From the NCBI GenBank assembly GCA_030704615.1, contig CM060732.1:35712001-35776000 (forward strand): a DNA stretch of 64,000 nt, read 5' to 3'. Both the position numbers and the translations under genes were made by a program. How positions within the stretch are numbered: the first letter of the stretch is position 1; every line of letters starts with the position of its first letter. The notes under the pieces are model-generated. The model ran no database searches. It was not told the origin of the DNA and saw nothing but the letters and a program-made list of their open reading frames with translations. This document shows, piece by piece, positions 60,901 through 64,000 of the stretch. The stretch comes from Takakia lepidozioides. Taxonomy: Eukaryota; Plantae; Bryophyta.

Positions 60901-63780
60901 ATCAAGTCTCGAGATGGTACCATTAGCCATGAAATCCAAGCCTAAGCTAGAGCATGTAGTTTTAAAGGACACATCGTCCATCCTGGGATTCACCCCAAAA
61001 ACTACACATGAAGCCCTAGATTTGGCATAAGTAACCAATTCCCAGGGATCACCCTGAGGAGTGTTGATGTTGATAGGAGCTAAATTTTTGATTGTTCTCG
61101 CAGGCCATAAGTTTAAGCACAGGAACCAACCCGAGCCCAAGTGCCGAGTATGCTAGACAGAGCATACGACTGCCCAATTTGGGCGGAGGGGCTGCCCCCA
61201 AGCGGTAGGAGTCCGCTTGTTACCATTCAGAGATCACACTCCAGGGAGTTGCAGGGAATGGCCCGTGTAGGCATATTCTAAAGAGGGAAAGGCCCCAAGC
61301 TTTCCAACTAAATCCAATGCACTACCTTACTTGAAGCAAAGCGCTTCATGTCGAAACAAACAAGGACACGAGGTCACAAGGCCGGCATTTAGTCACAGAG
61401 ACATTAATGTACTCCCGTTTCAAGTCCACCCAATGTCAATAGGCTTCCTAGAGGACAGGGAGAAAGAGGCTGTAACAGATTGTACTCATAAGACGTTGTG
61501 TGCCGTAGCCTTGTGGCCATTGACCCCGCGCCCAGTTTGAGCGGGAACAAAAGGGACAGAACCTACCTCTGTCAGGGGCTGACGTTGGTAGTAAGACTTA
61601 CCTCCATATAAAGAATTAATCCGGGTTTTCCAGCATGTCCAATGTGCATATCCTGTGGATGGAATGCAGATGGACAGACACAAGTATGTGAAGGTGGCAT
61701 ACCATGGTTTCCGAGAGCTGTCACGGGAGGAGCGCCATGCCACTTACTGCAACACACTATCACGTGAATCCTTCGATGAGCCGGACTACGGACTTATCGA
61801 CACTCTTTTTTCACTTGCAGAGGCCTATCTCTTTATGCAGCTTGTTGACTTTCGGGATGCTTTTCCGGACAGTATTCCTTCTGGCACAGAGTATAGTCTC
61901 TCCTCTTGTGGTACCTCTTTCCCTTGACTCTTGAGAAGTTCTTAGCTTCAGCAAAAGGCGCCATTGTCTCCTGATGTCTGCCAATCAAGCTTCAACCTAG
62001 GGCCCTCTCCACAGATAGCCAGGCTTCAAGCCTAACCCACAATGGAATACGCAGTCATAGATCGTAGTGTTTCCTGAGTAATGGTCCAATTTGATAGCAT
62101 CATCATCCACTGGTTCCTGAAAATTGTTTTGCATGATGAGCAGGGTGCAATGCGAGGATGGTAGCAACAGCAAACCCAAGTAATGCCTCTCTTCTTTCTT
62201 CTGATTCCCCTGTCTCTCCAGGGCCCTTGCGCATTGCTTTCTTTCTAGGTGAGAATTAGTTGTTCGCTGACCTCTACTAGACTGAGAAGATGGGGAGGTG
62301 AATCCTGTGTTGGAGTGTCAAGGTTATAGCCCTTGCACGGCACTTTGAGAACAGAACGGGACGGGTAGCTCAGTGGTAGAGCACCTCACCGGAATGGGGG
62401 AGGTCCTAGGTTCAATCCCTAGCCCGACCACTCGCCAGTGGTTTTCCAACATGGTATCAGAGCCAAGGTTGGGGCGGTGGTCAGAATGGGTGGGCATTAG
62501 CTATAAGGGCTATGCCTTGAGGGGGAGTGTTGGAGTGTCAAGGTTATAGCCCTTGCACGGCACTTTGAGAACAGAACGGGACGGGTAGCTCAGTGGTAGA
62601 GCACCCCACCGGAATGGGGGAGGTCCTAGGTTCAATCCCTAGCCCGACCACACGCCAGTGGTTTTCCAACATCCTGGACCTGTAACGTATATGTGTGCAG
62701 AGTTTGCCTATGTGGAGCCGTTGTTAATTGTGCCGGTTGCTGAAAGAGTAGGCTTCAGGTTGCCCTGAGTTGCCATGGCTGTGGAGTGTTACACTCTTCC
62801 AAGGAGTGATTTTGCCCTTATGGTCGTTTGCAGGTTCCCTAACAGTCTGACAAATGTAAGCAGGACAGTTTGGATCGTCTCATGGTAGTTTTGGTCAATC
62901 CTTTGCAGCTATGCACAAATGTACAGAGATGTGAGGGCAGCAGTGGACCTTTGTCATCGGGACGGCACGCTGAAGCAGGCTGTTGCTCAGGACCCCCAGA
63001 AGTAAGATCACTTCTTCATCACCTAAATGCTACAGCTCTTGGTGGGACATGAAATTGTACCACTGAGCCCCCTTGATTGGATCACCACTTGCCGAGGCTC
63101 CACCCAACCCAATTAGGTGGAAGTAGGGCCTATTGATAGTGATGTCTAGTAGTCAGTAGCTCACAAATCTTCAAGTGAAACAGATCTACCATGTGACAGT
63201 TGTAAATGCACAGTCGAATAATACTCGAGCGATCAAAGAATTGTTCAAGCCCTTTGAATTTAGCCATCCTAACCTTAACTGAACCCAATCTTATGGTCGC
63301 TGAGAAAGAAAGGGAGAAAGGAATGTGATTCTGCCCCCAAGAGAAAGAACAGAAAGCTATGACTGGTGCAAGCTCAATAATTGTCATTGTAGAAAGTGTC
63401 ATAATTGTCAATTTTTCATGAATTCTCTCTTGAATAGCTGTTGGACAGGCATACAAGACAGAGGTATATTTTACTGTGCAGGCAGCATGTTGAATATTAT
63501 ACCTGTTGGGCCTCCTTGTGCTCAGAGTGTTGTGGAGACTGACATCTAAATTTGAGTCTCCCAGCTCCTTTTTGTAATTAGTTTAAAAGTAGAATGCATC
63601 TTGAAAAGGTCTCATGCCATTCCAGTGCTGTAGTAAATGAACAACTAGTTTCTCAAACATTGATTCAAACTTCTGTTGGTGGACTGTCTGGTGTAGGTAC
63701 ATTAATGAGGATTTGCAAATTTTCCCAATGCTGAAAATGCTAAGGCAATCTGGGCGAATGACTTTTCTCGTAACCAACAG
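54915..63780 (+). CDS. HAD-superfamily subfamily IG 5'-nucleotidase with transit-peptide-like N terminus; partial (exons 54915-55263, 55448-55776, 56014-56091, 61670-61890, 62909-63001, 63697-63780; continues past window)
   Basis: IFCNRSLNMKSIVAVGFDMDYTLAQY; VRGLVLDK..ILK|MDRHKYVKVAYHGF; DTLFSLAEAYL; VRAAVDLCHRDGTLK; TFLVTNS. Splice phases are consistent. Confidence 0.9.
56307..56665 (-). mobile_element. Short 5'-truncated LINE copy (divergent subfamily)
   Basis: Diverged match to the LINE 3' end, flanked on both sides by GAGGCTGTAACAGA. Confidence 0.8.
56680..61465 (-). mobile_element. Near full-length RTEX-like non-LTR retrotransposon (APE, RT, CCHC), frameshifted, in HAD intron 3
   Basis: ATFNSSG..QETW and SDHFLV (APE); NYRGITLL, QAGFR, FLDVKKAYD, QGCTLSPLLF, FADD (RT); CPLC..HFLIHC. 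Spread over four ORFs and flanked by 14-bp direct repeats. The clade call is from domain layout only. Confidence 0.9.
60270..60680 (-). repeat. Three 141-bp (47-aa) tandem repeats in the LINE ORF, upstream of the endonuclease
   Basis: FGTLNGLPILKVYTRR occurs three times; cgtcttgtgta at 60299, 60440 and 60581. Confidence 0.9.
61480..61633 (-). mobile_element. 154-bp LINE 3'-end copy directly upstream of the long element
   Basis: Nearly identical to 56680-56833. Confidence 0.85.
62359..62430 (+). ncRNA. tRNA-like Pol III unit in the 5' LTR
   Basis: Cloverleaf with acceptor GGACGGG/CCCGACC, A box TAGCTCAGTGG, T arm CTAGG-TTCAATC-CCTAG. The anticodon loop lacks U33. TTTT follows 11 nt downstream. 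Confidence 0.75.
62579..62650 (+). ncRNA. tRNA-like Pol III unit in the 3' LTR
   Basis: Same as 62359-62430 with one substitution in the anticodon stem. Confidence 0.75.
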
Positions 63781-64000
63781 GTAGCTCTTCTTCACCATGC
63801 CCTCGGTAGGAAGGGTTTCATTCCAGACTTGTACCTCCAGCTTAGATCTGCTGAGTCCTGATTACCTTGGCAGGTAGGTTTGCACCACCGCGTTCCCAGG
63901 TGAGCATCTGCAACATGCTACTGTTTTCTCTTCCTTTGACCGGTGGATGACCCACCGTGACAAAGAACAAGCCAACAGAGAGACACAGGAGGGGAGTAAC

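Larger units (their letters stand above)
62308..62671 (+). mobile_element. TRIM with tRNA-like LTRs (Helenus-type), 364 bp, in HAD intron 4
   Basis: 144-bp LTRs 62308-62451 and 62528-62671 (TGTTGGA..TCCAACA, 2 mismatches). PBS TGGTATCAGAGCC at 62452-62464, PPT GAGGGGGAG at 62519-62527, 5-bp TSD TCCTG. Confidence 0.95.

Noticed and set aside
62359-62650. Two genuine tRNA-Ser(GGA) genes
   Set aside because: No U33, mismatches in the acceptor and anticodon stems, no long Ser variable arm, and both sit inside LTRs.

Overview
Eukaryotic plant nuclear DNA with spliceosomal introns. The gene set and repeat content suggest a non-seed land plant such as a bryophyte or lycophyte, but the species cannot be fixed from this window. 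Host genes that appear intact: glyoxylate/succinic semialdehyde reductase (GLYR1-like, 8 exons), an RGF/GLV-like sulfated-peptide precursor, ribosomal protein L34, a stand-alone I9 subtilisin-inhibitor gene, and a HAD-IG 5'-nucleotidase that runs off the window end. Transposon content is heavy: Ty3 gag relic, SWIM/MULE-like and hAT transposase relics, pogo-, hAT-, Tc1- and piggyBac-type MITEs, a tRNA-SINE and RTEX-like LINEs. The four most notable structures are: (1) decayed PLS-class PPR genes carrying N-terminal OSB-type PDF ssDNA-binding motifs, found in two separate families; (2) an 11.3-kb CACTA-bounded element holding a genomic MSH3 fragment and inverted copies of the PPR gene it interrupts; (3) a 364-bp TRIM whose LTRs each embed a tRNA-like Pol III unit; (4) three LINE copies stacked at one 14-bp target site. 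All calls come from reading the sequence by eye; no searches were run.
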